From assembly GCA_022759365.1 (NCBI GenBank), contig JAEMPJ010000007.1, positions 9,372-73,371 on the forward strand: a DNA stretch of 64,000 nt, in the 5' to 3' direction. The notes beneath the pieces were generated by a model. The model made no database searches and was not told the DNA's origin. It worked only from the letters and a program-made list of their open reading frames with translations. A program made the position numbers and the translations under genes. This DNA comes from Thermogladius sp. Its GTDB lineage: Archaea; Thermoproteota; Thermoprotei_A; Sulfolobales; Desulfurococcaceae. Shown here one piece after another: positions 30,925 to 39,994 of the stretch. Numbering within the stretch: the first letter of the stretch is position 1; every line of letters starts with the position of its first letter.

Positions 30925-31818
30925 TCACATGTGCCTTTTAACCCACTCCCAGTTGTTCTCAACGTACTCCTGGATACTCTTAACCATCTTCTCGTCAACG
31001 TTCTTAAACCTCCCCTGAAGCTTCAAGTATTCTTCAACAGGCTTCCTCTTCGAAGGATCTAGCAGAGGTCTGCTCGGCCCCGACAAGTGTATTCTCCCAT
31101 CGTAGTACTCGTAGAGGATCCAGAGGCCTGTTTCAACGGCGAGCCTGGCCACCCTTACAGTGTACCTGGGGTCGAATCTCCAGCCGACGGGGCATGGGGC
31201 GTGTAGGCTTATGAATTTAAAGCCTTTGATCTTGCTGGCTCTCACAAGCTTGCTGTAGAAGTCGTGGACGTAGCCTATACTAGCTGTGGCAACGTAGGGT
31301 ACTCCGTGGGCTATCATTATCCTGGCTACATCCTTCTTCTCCTCCCCCTTCCCGAGTATAGGTGTCGTGGTGGTCCATGCCCCCCTAGGCGTTGAGGAGC
31401 TTCTCTGAATACCTGTGTTCATGTAGGCCTCGTTGTCGTACATTATGTAGATGAAGTTGTGGTTCCGCTCGGCCGCGCCGCTTAGGGAAGCCATACCTAT
31501 GTCGGCTGTCCCTCCGTCGCCGGCCCAAGCTATCACCTGCACATCGCTTACACCCCTCTTCTCCAGCGCCTCGGCCACGCCTGAAGCAACAGCGGCAGCC
31601 GACGCGAAGGGGACGTGTATCACGCTTGCTTTCAGCGAGTTACCAGGGTACATCCCCACCACGACGGAGGAGCAGGATGCAGGTATCACAAGGATCATCT
31701 TGTCACCGAATACAGCTGAGAGCACTTTCCACGCTATCGGTATCGGGCAACCAGGGCAGGCGGCATCCCCCGGCAACACGACGTCTCTAGCCTTATAAGG
31801 TAGAGCCGGCTTGCTCAT
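30925..31818 (-). CDS. porB: Pyruvate/2-oxoacid:ferredoxin oxidoreductase beta subunit (TPP-binding)
   Basis: CPGCP near the N-terminus and GDGGTADIG TPP motif. Operon order gamma-delta-alpha-beta. Confidence 0.9.
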   Translation of the reverse strand: MSKPALPYKARDVVLPGDAACPGCPIPIAWKVLSAVFGDKMILVIPASCSSVVVGMYPGNSLKASVIHVPFASAAAVASGVAEALEKRGVSDVQVIAWAGDGGTADIGMASLSGAAERNHNFIYIMYDNEAYMNTGIQRSSSTPRGAWTTTTPILGKGEEKKDVARIMIAHGVPYVATASIGYVHDFYSKLVRASKIKGFKFISLHAPCPVGWRFDPRYTVRVARLAVETGLWILYEYYDGRIHLSGPSRPLLDPSKRKPVEEYLKLQGRFKNVDEKMVKSIQEYVENNWEWVKRHM

Positions 31819-33000
31819 TCAACCACCTCTCCTATGATACCACTCGAAGGGGACAAGAGCGTCTGACTCAACCTCCTCAACAAACTTTCTAATGATCTTC
31901 GAGAAGTCTTCTGAAGTGATGTTCACACCGCCTAACCCTGCGACAACATTCTTCACGTAAGGCGTCTTCCTAGAATACCTGGCTATGGAGGCAAGCGTGT
32001 CGAGGAAGATGGGCCCGGCCGAGCCGAAGCTTATAGCCCTGTCGAAGACCACGACGCCTTTAGCCCCCCTAGCCCTCTCGTACAATTGCTCAGCCGGGAA
32101 GGGCCTGTAGTACCTGATTCTAGCTAAGCCCACATCAAAGCCCTCGTCGCGTAACTGTAGGATAGCTTCCTTTAGATCACCCGACCACGCCCCCATGCTT
32201 ACCGCCAGGTATTTGGCGTCCTCGCATTTAAAGCACTCTACTAGGCCCATACTCGGCCTGCCGGCGATCTTCGAATATTCTTCATCGACTTCCGCTATCA
32301 CTTTCTTAGCTTCTTCCATCGCGTTTTGTATATCCATGAAGAACTCCTCTGTGTCCTCGGGTGAAGCCAGGTTGCCTAAAGCCAGGTGGTCGCTACCGTC
32401 GATAACGTATGGCTGCCTCCTTGGACCAAGCCATTCATCGACAGCGCTTTGATCCGGGATTTCAACAGGCATTGTTGTATGCCCAAGTATGAAGCCCTCT
32501 ATCCCCACCATCACTGGGAGGTATACCCTCGGGTCTTCGCTAATCTTGAATGCCTGTAGAGTCAAGTCGAATGCCTCCTGGTTGTCTACGGCGAAGCTCA
32601 TAACCCAGCCGGTATCCCTCTGATCCATGTAGTCGGTGTGATCCGGCCATATGTTCCAGGGCGGCCCAAGAGTCCTGGTGACGATACCCATCACGATCGG
32701 TATGCGAGCCCTTGAAGCCCAGTGTACCATTTCATGCATGTAGAGTAGGCCTTGGCTACTCGTCGCTGTGAAGACTCTTGCCCCCGCGAGAGCGGCCCCG
32801 AAGCACGCCGCTAGAGCCGAGTGCTCCGACTCGACTCTTATCATCACGGCATCCAACTCGCCCCCCTCTATCAGCTCAGCCAGCTTCTCCACGATGCTTG
32901 TCTGGGGTGTGATAGGGTATGCCGCGACAACGTTTACCCGAGCCATCTTAGCCGCGTACGCGATAGAGTAGTTGCCGGTTAAGACGAGCTTCAACCCCAT
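31819..33000 (-). CDS. porA: Pyruvate/2-oxoacid:ferredoxin oxidoreductase alpha subunit
   Basis: GNYSIAYAAKMARVNVVAAYPITPQT N-terminus. Confidence 0.9.
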   Translation of the reverse strand: MGLKLVLTGNYSIAYAAKMARVNVVAAYPITPQTSIVEKLAELIEGGELDAVMIRVESEHSALAACFGAALAGARVFTATSSQGLLYMHEMVHWASRARIPIVMGIVTRTLGPPWNIWPDHTDYMDQRDTGWVMSFAVDNQEAFDLTLQAFKISEDPRVYLPVMVGIEGFILGHTTMPVEIPDQSAVDEWLGPRRQPYVIDGSDHLALGNLASPEDTEEFFMDIQNAMEEAKKVIAEVDEEYSKIAGRPSMGLVECFKCEDAKYLAVSMGAWSGDLKEAILQLRDEGFDVGLARIRYYRPFPAEQLYERARGAKGVVVFDRAISFGSAGPIFLDTLASIARYSRKTPYVKNVVAGLGGVNITSEDFSKIIRKFVEEVESDALVPFEWYHRRGG

Positions 33001-33004
33001 CCTC

Positions 33005-33283
33005 TCACTCCTCCGGCACCATTTTTATCGCTCCTACAGGGCATACATCTGCGCAGAGGCCGCAGCCCTTACAGTAATCGTAGTTTATTGAGACCCCTGT
33101 CTCAGGCTCGACTCTTATCACGTTGACCGGGCAGTGTATCTCGCAGAGGAAGCACCTAGTGCAAGCGTTGTTGTCGACGATAGGTCTCTCGAGCCTCCAA
33201 CTACCCGTCTTACCGGCTACACCTATACTCGGCCTAGCTAGCGGGATCTTATACCTGGAAGGCTCCACCACCACTCTCATCAA
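33005..33283 (-). CDS. porD: Pyruvate:ferredoxin oxidoreductase delta subunit (2x[4Fe-4S])
   Basis: CTRCFLCEIHCP and CKGCGLCADVCP. Confidence 0.9.
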   Translation of the reverse strand: MMRVVVEPSRYKIPLARPSIGVAGKTGSWRLERPIVDNNACTRCFLCEIHCPVNVIRVEPETGVSINYDYCKGCGLCADVCPVGAIKMVPEE

Positions 33284-33873
33284 ACCACCCTAACAGTGAG
33301 CTCGTAAGCATCTTCAGTTGCCTTCGCGTTAACCTCGCCTATCCTACCGCTAAAATACCTTCTAACAGCTTCTAGAACAGCCTTCTTGGAGACGATGCCG
33401 GTAGCCTTGGATAGAGCCCCCAGCATACTCGTGTTGACAACAGGCCACCCAGCTATTACGAGCCTGTGTTTTAAAGCGATCTGAGTGGCGTTCACAACGT
33501 AAACAGAATACTCTCCTTCAACTCTCAGCTTGAAATCCCTCGGCGGGGTGTTGTAGGGTGTGTTCAAGACGAGGACGCCTTTATCCCTCAACTTGAACTG
33601 GGAGATGTAGTCCTGGTTTAGGAGCTTGTTATCTAATACGACAATTGCGTCAGCGGTATTAAACATGCCGTGTCTTAGAATAGGCTTATCGTCAACCCTG
33701 GAGAACGCTGCTACAGGAGCACCCCTCCTCTCAGCCCCGAAGAAGGGGAAACCCTGGGCTTGGAGGCCGTCTATGAGAGCCGCCTCTACTAGGATGTTAG
33801 CGGCCGTAACTGCTCCCTGACCACCCCTGCCCACGAACACGATCTCGTACATTAGCACACCGTGAAATAACAA
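33280..33873 (-). CDS. porG: Pyruvate:ferredoxin oxidoreductase gamma subunit (start probably the internal MYEIVF)
   Basis: GRGGQGAVTAANIL motif. Confidence 0.88.
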   Translation of the reverse strand: MLFHGVLMYEIVFVGRGGQGAVTAANILVEAALIDGLQAQGFPFFGAERRGAPVAAFSRVDDKPILRHGMFNTADAIVVLDNKLLNQDYISQFKLRDKGVLVLNTPYNTPPRDFKLRVEGEYSVYVVNATQIALKHRLVIAGWPVVNTSMLGALSKATGIVSKKAVLEAVRRYFSGRIGEVNAKATEDAYELTVRVV

Positions 33874-33886
33874 TGCAGATACGCGT

Positions 33887-33938
33887 GTTAAAAACGTTAT
33901 ATATGCGTATTGATAATATAGTTGAAAACGTTATGTAT
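33887..33938. promoter_or_regulatory. Two copies of an 18-nt element (GTTAAAAACGTTATATAT / GTTGAAAACGTTATGTAT, 16/18 identical, 34-nt spacing) in the divergent POR promoter region
   Basis: Direct read of the intergenic sequence. Each copy contains the palindrome AACGTT. Copy 1 overlaps a TATA-like TTATATAT that is oriented for the por operon. Confidence 0.4.
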
Positions 33939-34011
33939 CTATGTAGACGGGGCATGGAATCACTGCCTATTTAATTAGATCTCAGATAATGTATCCAAGG
34001 AGGTGGATTAG

Positions 34012-34254
34012 TTGACTATCTACTGGGAGAGATGCGACTTCTGCGGCCAGCACAACGCTACAAGAGAGTGCACCATGTTCCCTGAATTATACGTCTGCCC
34101 CCACTGCTGCTTATCCTGCATGAAGAGGAACGTCTGCCCAAACCCAGCATGGAAATTCTCTTTCGAGCTTAAACCAGCACCTAGGCCAGCCCGTAAGACA
34201 TCCGGTAAAGAGGCTCTACTAGACCTCTTGTCTAAACTCGAGGAGAAGAAGTAG
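34012..34254 (+). CDS. Small Cys-rich (8 Cys) hypothetical protein, TTG start
   Basis: CDFCGQ...C...CPHCCLSC...C pattern. A strong GGAGGTGG lies a few nt upstream of the start. Confidence 0.45.
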   Translation: MTIYWERCDFCGQHNATRECTMFPELYVCPHCCLSCMKRNVCPNPAWKFSFELKPAPRPARKTSGKEALLDLLSKLEEKK

Positions 34255-34400
34255 GCTAATACCTGGTGAGCCCCAGCTAACGCCGGTTTCGATTTAGTGA
34301 CTCCATGCTCCCAGATTAGGATCAGGTAGAATAGCCGCGTTGACGAGGAGACCGGGGTTCTCCATCTCCCAGGCGGGTGTAATAGACAACTCTAAAGCAC

Positions 34401-35048
34401 TTATGTCTCGGAGCGCGAACTGGATATGCTGGAGTATTTCGCATGGTATAACTCTTGTAGTTTCTTCAGCGACTTCTTGGGTATACTGAACCAGCCCGTT
34501 ATGTGGGCTAGTATGTATATATGCGCCATCCTCTCGACAACCTCTAGTACTTCTAACGCTTCCTCGAGGTTTCTACCACACGTTATTACGCCGCGGTTTG
34601 CCAATAGAGCGGCCGACCTATCCCGCAGGGCCTTTACAACCTCCTCCGCCAGCTCTCTAGTGCCGAAGGGAGCGTATCCGGCTACTCTGACTTCCCCACC
34701 AGTGTATAGTACCAACTCTTCTGTCAAGGGGGGTAGGGGTCGCCGGGCTACTGCTAGCGTACTAGCGTATACTGGGTATGCATGTATAACGGCATTGAAG
34801 TGAGAGTAGTTCCTGTAGATCTCTAAGTGTAGGTTTACTTCGGGAGTAGGTTTGAGCCTACCCTCTAATACCTCGCCCTCGAGATTAACCAACACTATAT
34901 CCTCAGGGGTCATGGCTGACTTGACCGCACCGCTAGGAGTAATCAATATCCTATCAGCTCCAACCCTGGCACTGACACTACCAACACCACCATAATTCAA
35001 CCCCATACCATCCATATACTTCACTGCATCAACAATTCTCTTCCTCAA
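34401..35048 (-). CDS. Class II aldolase/adducin-family protein (FucA / MtnB-like)
   Basis: ILITPSG..., PTPEVNLHLEIY and AVIHAYPVYAS metal-ligand His pattern. Confidence 0.75.
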   Translation of the reverse strand: MRKRIVDAVKYMDGMGLNYGGVGSVSARVGADRILITPSGAVKSAMTPEDIVLVNLEGEVLEGRLKPTPEVNLHLEIYRNYSHFNAVIHAYPVYASTLAVARRPLPPLTEELVLYTGGEVRVAGYAPFGTRELAEEVVKALRDRSAALLANRGVITCGRNLEEALEVLEVVERMAHIYILAHITGWFSIPKKSLKKLQELYHAKYSSISSSRSET

Positions 35049-35417
35049 TTCGTAAAGGGGCTCCGAAATCGAATACCCCCTCCATGTTAATCAGGATTCT
35101 TGACGCCGATATATATGTTGAAAGATGATGTTTGTGGACGATTGAGGTTGGCCCATATTTGATTGTATTAGATACTACCCCTATGTCGTTAATCTGCTCG
35201 TGTTCTAAACTCCTCACATTGGTAATAACTCTTCACATCTTCTCTTTGGGAGCCATAGGAACCTCGATAAGGGGTCATCAGTGAAGCCTACGTCTAGTAA
35301 ATCAGGTTTACAAAGCGAATTATTCAAACATAGATGGTAGAGATAGGTAGAAGCGGGCGGTGAAGGAGTCTACAGTTATCCATAGCTAGGTTCAAGTGAT
35401 TATGAATCAGTCGCAGA

Positions 35418-36188
35418 TTACTCGGCTCTAGGCGTCAGCCAGTATACTATTGAGCCCCCTCCCTCAAGCTCGAAGACTATTTTCATAGGCTTGTCATTGT
35501 CGAAGGATAACGTGATGTTCTTCGAGGCGGATGCCGCCCGGACAGCCAGCTTGAGTAAGTCGATGGTGTAGGTAGCCTTAGCCTCGTTCACCGTGGAAGA
35601 GACTGAGATCAGCGGTGACCCCTCCTCGAATACAGCCCTGTACTCCTTCTGTTGCTCTCCCGTGGAGACATAGAGCTTATTGTCCTTGAAGTGGAATGTA
35701 GCATAGTCCCCCACGGCGTTTAAGTCTCTTATGAGGAGCCTGAAGTCGCTTGCTAGGATCGTTACTGTAACCCCTAGCTCTATATTCAGGTCTGGCACCT
35801 CCTCAGGTACAGTCGACTTTAGCTCTACGAAAAACGTCCTCTCAACACCAGTCTTCTTGTTTCTAAAGACAGTCTTCAACACACCGGCATTCTTATCCAG
35901 CTCTAAAGCCAGGATATCCGTCCTGCCACCCCTCCTCAAGACCTTGTTTAAATCCGTTGTGGAAACCACGAAATAGTCCTCCGCTTCGAAATGGTACTCC
36001 TCGAAGGCCACGCTAGGGATTTTGACGATCGTCATCGCGGTCTTATCGGGGCTGAAGACTTTGACTTCAAGAGCATCCGGTTTAATGAAGAACGGGGCCT
36101 CATCGGTTATTTTAACCAGTGCCGCCGCAATGGCTTTAAACTTGCTTCCAGACGGGTATACTGCTCTAAACAAATGAGACACCTTCAC
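35418..36188 (-). CDS. pcn: DNA polymerase sliding clamp PCNA (GTG start near 36188; the track N-terminal extension to 36299 is judged spurious)
   Basis: FRAVYPSGSKFKAIAAALVKITDEAPFFIKPDALEVKVFSPDKTAM and a two-domain repeat. About 256 aa. Confidence 0.8.
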   Translation of the reverse strand: MKVSHLFRAVYPSGSKFKAIAAALVKITDEAPFFIKPDALEVKVFSPDKTAMTIVKIPSVAFEEYHFEAEDYFVVSTTDLNKVLRRGGRTDILALELDKNAGVLKTVFRNKKTGVERTFFVELKSTVPEEVPDLNIELGVTVTILASDFRLLIRDLNAVGDYATFHFKDNKLYVSTGEQQKEYRAVFEEGSPLISVSSTVNEAKATYTIDLLKLAVRAASASKNITLSFDNDKPMKIVFELEGGGSIVYWLTPRAE

Positions 36189-36270
36189 TAGATTATTAAC
36201 CCTACTTCTATTATTAAACTTACGACGGGAAAAGCTACGTAACTCAGAGCCTTGAGCAGAGTTGGGATTC

Positions 36271-36648
36271 ATGCAGGTTAAAATAAACATAGATTTCACG
36301 GGGTCGGCTCACGTGGTTTTGAAGAAGGAAGATGCTTTAAGCCTGCTGGATAAGATTTCAGAGTCTATAGGAGAATCAAGGAATCTATCGGAGTCGTTGA
36401 GGATTATAAGAAACTTCGACGAGTATTACAGGCTGAGTAGGAAAAAATTTGAGGAATACCTGTTCCCCCCGAAAGATCCAGCTGAATCGCTTAGGGGGCT
36501 CGTTGTAGTTCAGAAGATAAGGTTGATGAAAAACAAGGAGGATCTCGTCGAGCTAGTCTTCGATAGGAGAGTAGAAACCAATCTGATAGTAGAGGCTTTG
36601 AAGAAAATAGGCTTCGATGAGGTAGTCGTAGAGAAACAAAGCTTCTAG
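36271..36648 (+). CDS. Hypothetical protein (125 aa)
   Basis: ORF only; no motif recognised. Confidence 0.35.
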   Translation: MQVKINIDFTGSAHVVLKKEDALSLLDKISESIGESRNLSESLRIIRNFDEYYRLSRKKFEEYLFPPKDPAESLRGLVVVQKIRLMKNKEDLVELVFDRRVETNLIVEALKKIGFDEVVVEKQSF

Positions 36649-36965
36649 GATTCCCCGCTCTTCTTCCTGCTTCTCGACTTACTCTTCCCCTTCCTCGATT
36701 TCTTGGCTGTACCAGCCTTCTTTCCCCTACCAGGCTTTTTCTTAACCTGTTTTACAACCGGTGTACTCGGGGTGGTTTTCAACACATCTAAACTCTCCTC
36801 GCCGGCTATCACTTTCTCCCATTTACGGGTCAGATCAACTAACTGCTCCAACAGAGCTATCTTACTTGGTGTAACCTCGACTTCCTCTCCCTCCTCTTCA
36901 ACAGCTTCCTCGGCTGGAGACTCCTCTTTCTCTTCTGGTTCCTCGCCTTCTTCTTCAAGTATCAT
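36645..36965 (-). CDS. Small bipolar protein: acidic Glu-rich N-terminus, Lys/Arg/Ser-rich C-terminal tail
   Basis: MILEEEGEEPEEKEE... at the N-terminus and ...KKKPGRGKKAGTAKKSRKGKSKSRSRKKSGES at the C-terminus. The start overlaps the stop of the upstream membrane ATPase gene by 4 nt. Confidence 0.5.
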   Translation of the reverse strand: MILEEEGEEPEEKEESPAEEAVEEEGEEVEVTPSKIALLEQLVDLTRKWEKVIAGEESLDVLKTTPSTPVVKQVKKKPGRGKKAGTAKKSRKGKSKSRSRKKSGES

Positions 36966-38866
36966 GAGGCAACACCTTGGCGATTAGGTTTATATGTCTT
37001 AGAGGCAAGAAATATGTTTTCGCTTCCAAGCAGGCTAACCATGTAGTAGCCTGGTCTAAGTTTAGACAGGGTCTTCTCGATCAACCTCAGCTTCCCGGAG
37101 GGGCCGCCGGGCGATAGAAGCCTCGCGACATAGCTTATACTCCTAGGCTCCCCCAGCCCGAATACGACTCTGATCCCCGAGTTCACTATTATCGATTCAG
37201 GCAGGGTGAACGGGTTTTGAACCACTGATATAATGCTGAACCCGAACTTCCTGCTCTCCATGTACAACCTCGATAAAGTCTCTTCAAGAACCCTGCTCCT
37301 CGTTAACGAAGCCGCCTCCTCGACGACTATAACCAGGCGTCTATCAAGCCCCCGCCTGTTCATCTCACCCAAAGCCTGTTGGAGAATCAAGTCAACGTAG
37401 ATCAACCTAGCGTAATCGTCGGGGGCGCTGGATAAGTCGATTATAACGTTCCCATCGAGAAGGCTGGGCAACCCTCCCGCTTCACCTCCATGGGATAAAG
37501 TCTCCTCAAGAGTCCTCACGTAGGGGAGTAGTGAGGCGTATGCTACTTTACTCGACGATTCCTCTACACATGTTTCGACAAGGTCTCTCAAGGTGGGAGG
37601 CTGCCTGCTCCACGTGGTTCTATCCTCCTCGAGAATACCTTTCCTCCTATACGTCTCTACGATCAAATCTTCGAGGGCTCGGCGCTGGATGGGGCCCAGG
37701 TTAAAGAAGCTGGCAACGATGTCGGAGAGCCTGCGGGCCCTTTCTCTAGGTGATCTCGAGCCGAGGTGTAGGATGTTCAAGCCCAGATCCCACGGGTTTA
37801 TCAGTGTGACATTGCCTACTAGGCCAGCTAACTCGATGTACTCGCCGTGCGGGTCGAAAACCATGATGTTATAGCCTCCTCTCAACGCAAGCTCTTTCAC
37901 AAGGTTTTTCACGAAAGTGCTCTTCCCCATACCTGAAGACCCTATTACTATTACATGCGTGTTGGCCAGCTTCTCAGGGTTGACTGAGAGCTGAACACCT
38001 AGACGACCCCAATACCAGTCATCCCCTGTATCACCGAGCCCGGGGAGCTTAACGGGGTCTAGCCTTTTACCTTTACGCGCCACGCCTATTCCAAAACCCA
38101 GGTCTAAACCGCCCTCACCAAGCAAATCCACCACGTCCGAGAGGCGGTAGCCTACTTCAACGGAGAAATACCATAAAAACTCGCTCGCTAACACTGTTGC
38201 CGCCAGAAGGCCTGTGGCCGAAGCAACTGCGAAACCGATGTACCCGATTACAGCCTCGTTGAGCCCAGTGGAAGAGCCTGCCCGGCTACTGGTAACATAC
38301 ACTGAAAGAGAGCTGAAGAGAATGTTTACGGGGAGGAGCTGTAGAACATGGATGTTGAAGCCGGAGATCTTGCTGAGAAGGAAGCTCGGGGTGATAGATG
38401 CTGATAAAGCGTAGAAATATATCGCCAGGAACGCTGGGAAAAAACTTGACCCCAGGATTCTCCGTCTCCCTAAAACGGCTATTGAGCGCGGAAAATACTT
38501 CAGTACATCCCCGCGTAAAATTTTAACATATATGAAGTAGTAGCCGACTGCTAGGATAGATAGAAAATACGTGAAGCCGTCTAGTGTAAAAACCCATCCC
38601 CTGCCCCCAACGATAAATGTGCTTACAATGTAAAACCAGGCCCCATTTAGAGCGGCGATTACAAGGGAGTCGTAGGCGACAGCGCTTAAGAGGCTGAAGC
38701 CTAGAACCATGGATGCCGCTAAAACCGGGTCGAGTATTCCGCTGGCGAGCAATGAGAATTCTCCTAGTGTAGTCATGAGACGGGATCTTATGGTTGCGTA
38801 TATTGATAGAAGTAGTAGCTCAGATAAAATTAGTAGTGGCGGCCTAAGAGTCTTGAAGAGGCCCAT
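36962..38866 (-). CDS. Membrane-anchored FtsK-HerA superfamily ATPase (about 7-8 TM N-terminal domain plus DUF87/HerA-like P-loop domain)
   Basis: Hydrophobic first ~260 aa. Walker A VIGSSGMGKSTF, VFDPHGEY, Walker B RLVIVVEEAASL. Confidence 0.65.
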   Translation of the reverse strand: MGLFKTLRPPLLILSELLLLSIYATIRSRLMTTLGEFSLLASGILDPVLAASMVLGFSLLSAVAYDSLVIAALNGAWFYIVSTFIVGGRGWVFTLDGFTYFLSILAVGYYFIYVKILRGDVLKYFPRSIAVLGRRRILGSSFFPAFLAIYFYALSASITPSFLLSKISGFNIHVLQLLPVNILFSSLSVYVTSSRAGSSTGLNEAVIGYIGFAVASATGLLAATVLASEFLWYFSVEVGYRLSDVVDLLGEGGLDLGFGIGVARKGKRLDPVKLPGLGDTGDDWYWGRLGVQLSVNPEKLANTHVIVIGSSGMGKSTFVKNLVKELALRGGYNIMVFDPHGEYIELAGLVGNVTLINPWDLGLNILHLGSRSPRERARRLSDIVASFFNLGPIQRRALEDLIVETYRRKGILEEDRTTWSRQPPTLRDLVETCVEESSSKVAYASLLPYVRTLEETLSHGGEAGGLPSLLDGNVIIDLSSAPDDYARLIYVDLILQQALGEMNRRGLDRRLVIVVEEAASLTRSRVLEETLSRLYMESRKFGFSIISVVQNPFTLPESIIVNSGIRVVFGLGEPRSISYVARLLSPGGPSGKLRLIEKTLSKLRPGYYMVSLLGSENIFLASKTYKPNRQGVAS

Positions 38867-38877
38867 GTACCCTGGGA

Positions 38878-39942
38878 CTACCTCTCGAAGAGCTTTTTCA
38901 AGTTTTCCTCGAAAGGCGGGTAGACGACGCCCTTCTCCGTTATGATCGCAGTAACAAGGTCTGGATCCGTTATGTCGAAAGCATAGTTCAACGCGTTTAC
39001 ATTCTCAAGTGTTATCAGCCTGCCCATCACTGTCTTCACCTCCATGGGGTTTCTCTCCTCAATTATCACGTCACGGATGCTCGAGTTCAAGTCGATAGTG
39101 CTCGTGGGGGCGGCCACGTAGAACGGGATGTTATTCCTCTTCGCCGCCAACGCTATCATGTAGGTGCCAATCTTGTTGACTACAAAGCCCTCTCTCGTAA
39201 TCCTGTCAGCGCCCACGACCACCAGGTCTACCAACCCCCGCCTAATCACGTAGCCGGCCATATTGTCCGTAATCAATGTTACAGGTATACCCTCTTTCAT
39301 CAACTCCCACACGGTCAGCCTAGCCCCCTGGAGGAGGGGCCTTGTCTCCGTCGCGATCACTTTGATCTTCTTCCCCTTATACCATGCGACACGGATCACG
39401 GCCTCTGCCGTCCCGAAGGCTGATGTGGCTAGAGCACCCGCATTGCAGTGGGTTAGGATCGTCGCCCCTTCTCTAACGAGCTCTGCTCCGTACTCCCCTA
39501 TTTTTATGTTGGCTTCAATATCTTCATTAAGTATTCTAAGGGCCTCTTCCACGAGAGCGTCCGCGAGCTCCCGGGGGTTTAGGCCCGATGCCGAGGCGAT
39601 CTTCCTCCTCATCCTCTCGAGAGCCCAGAACAAGTTGTATGCTGTGGGTCTAGTCCTCCACAAGAGGTCTATCGCCTCGTGAAGCTTCTCCTGGATATTG
39701 GCGGCGTTTTCCCCCGCCAGCTTGCTTGCGTAGGCTGCCACAGCGAGGGCTGCGATAACGCCTATTGCCGGCGCCCCCCTGACCTCCATTTCTATGATCG
39801 CTTTGGCTATGCGAACCGGGTCGTTGCTGCAGACCACTTCCTCCTCGAAGGGTAGCTTGAGGGTGTTGATCCAGCAAACCCTCCTGCTTGAGTCATCCCA
39901 CCAAACAGCCTTAACCGTGATAGGGTAGCTGTAGCTATGCAT
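38878..39942 (-). CDS. mtnA: Methylthioribose-1-phosphate isomerase / aIF-2B-I family (start at MHSYSY; the track extension to 40122 is judged spurious)
   Basis: MEVRGAPAIGVIAALAVA, THCNAGALAT and VVVGADRIT motifs. Confidence 0.8.
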   Translation of the reverse strand: MHSYSYPITVKAVWWDDSSRRVCWINTLKLPFEEEVVCSNDPVRIAKAIIEMEVRGAPAIGVIAALAVAAYASKLAGENAANIQEKLHEAIDLLWRTRPTAYNLFWALERMRRKIASASGLNPRELADALVEEALRILNEDIEANIKIGEYGAELVREGATILTHCNAGALATSAFGTAEAVIRVAWYKGKKIKVIATETRPLLQGARLTVWELMKEGIPVTLITDNMAGYVIRRGLVDLVVVGADRITREGFVVNKIGTYMIALAAKRNNIPFYVAAPTSTIDLNSSIRDVIIEERNPMEVKTVMGRLITLENVNALNYAFDITDPDLVTAIITEKGVVYPPFEENLKKLFER

Positions 39943-39994
39943 TAAAACACCTTGTAAATTATGAGATAGTGGAGAGCTGGTATTTAAGGTAAGC

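Noticed and set aside
35215-35290. C/D box sRNA (minus-strand CTGATGAC near 35280), and another C-box-like ATGATGAT near 53565
   Set aside because: No D box (CUGA) or D'/C' boxes at the expected spacing, and no terminal stem. These are likely chance matches.
35049-35417. Replication origin next to PCNA
   Set aside because: No repeated ORB-like elements, no adjacent orc1/cdc6 or whiP gene, and only one weak CCATAGGAAC-type match.
36189-36299. N-terminal 37-residue extension of PCNA in the ORF track
   Set aside because: The extension has no PCNA counterpart, overlaps the divergent 36271 gene, and covers the TATA-like TTTAATAATA. A GTG near 36188 gives a normal ~256-aa PCNA.
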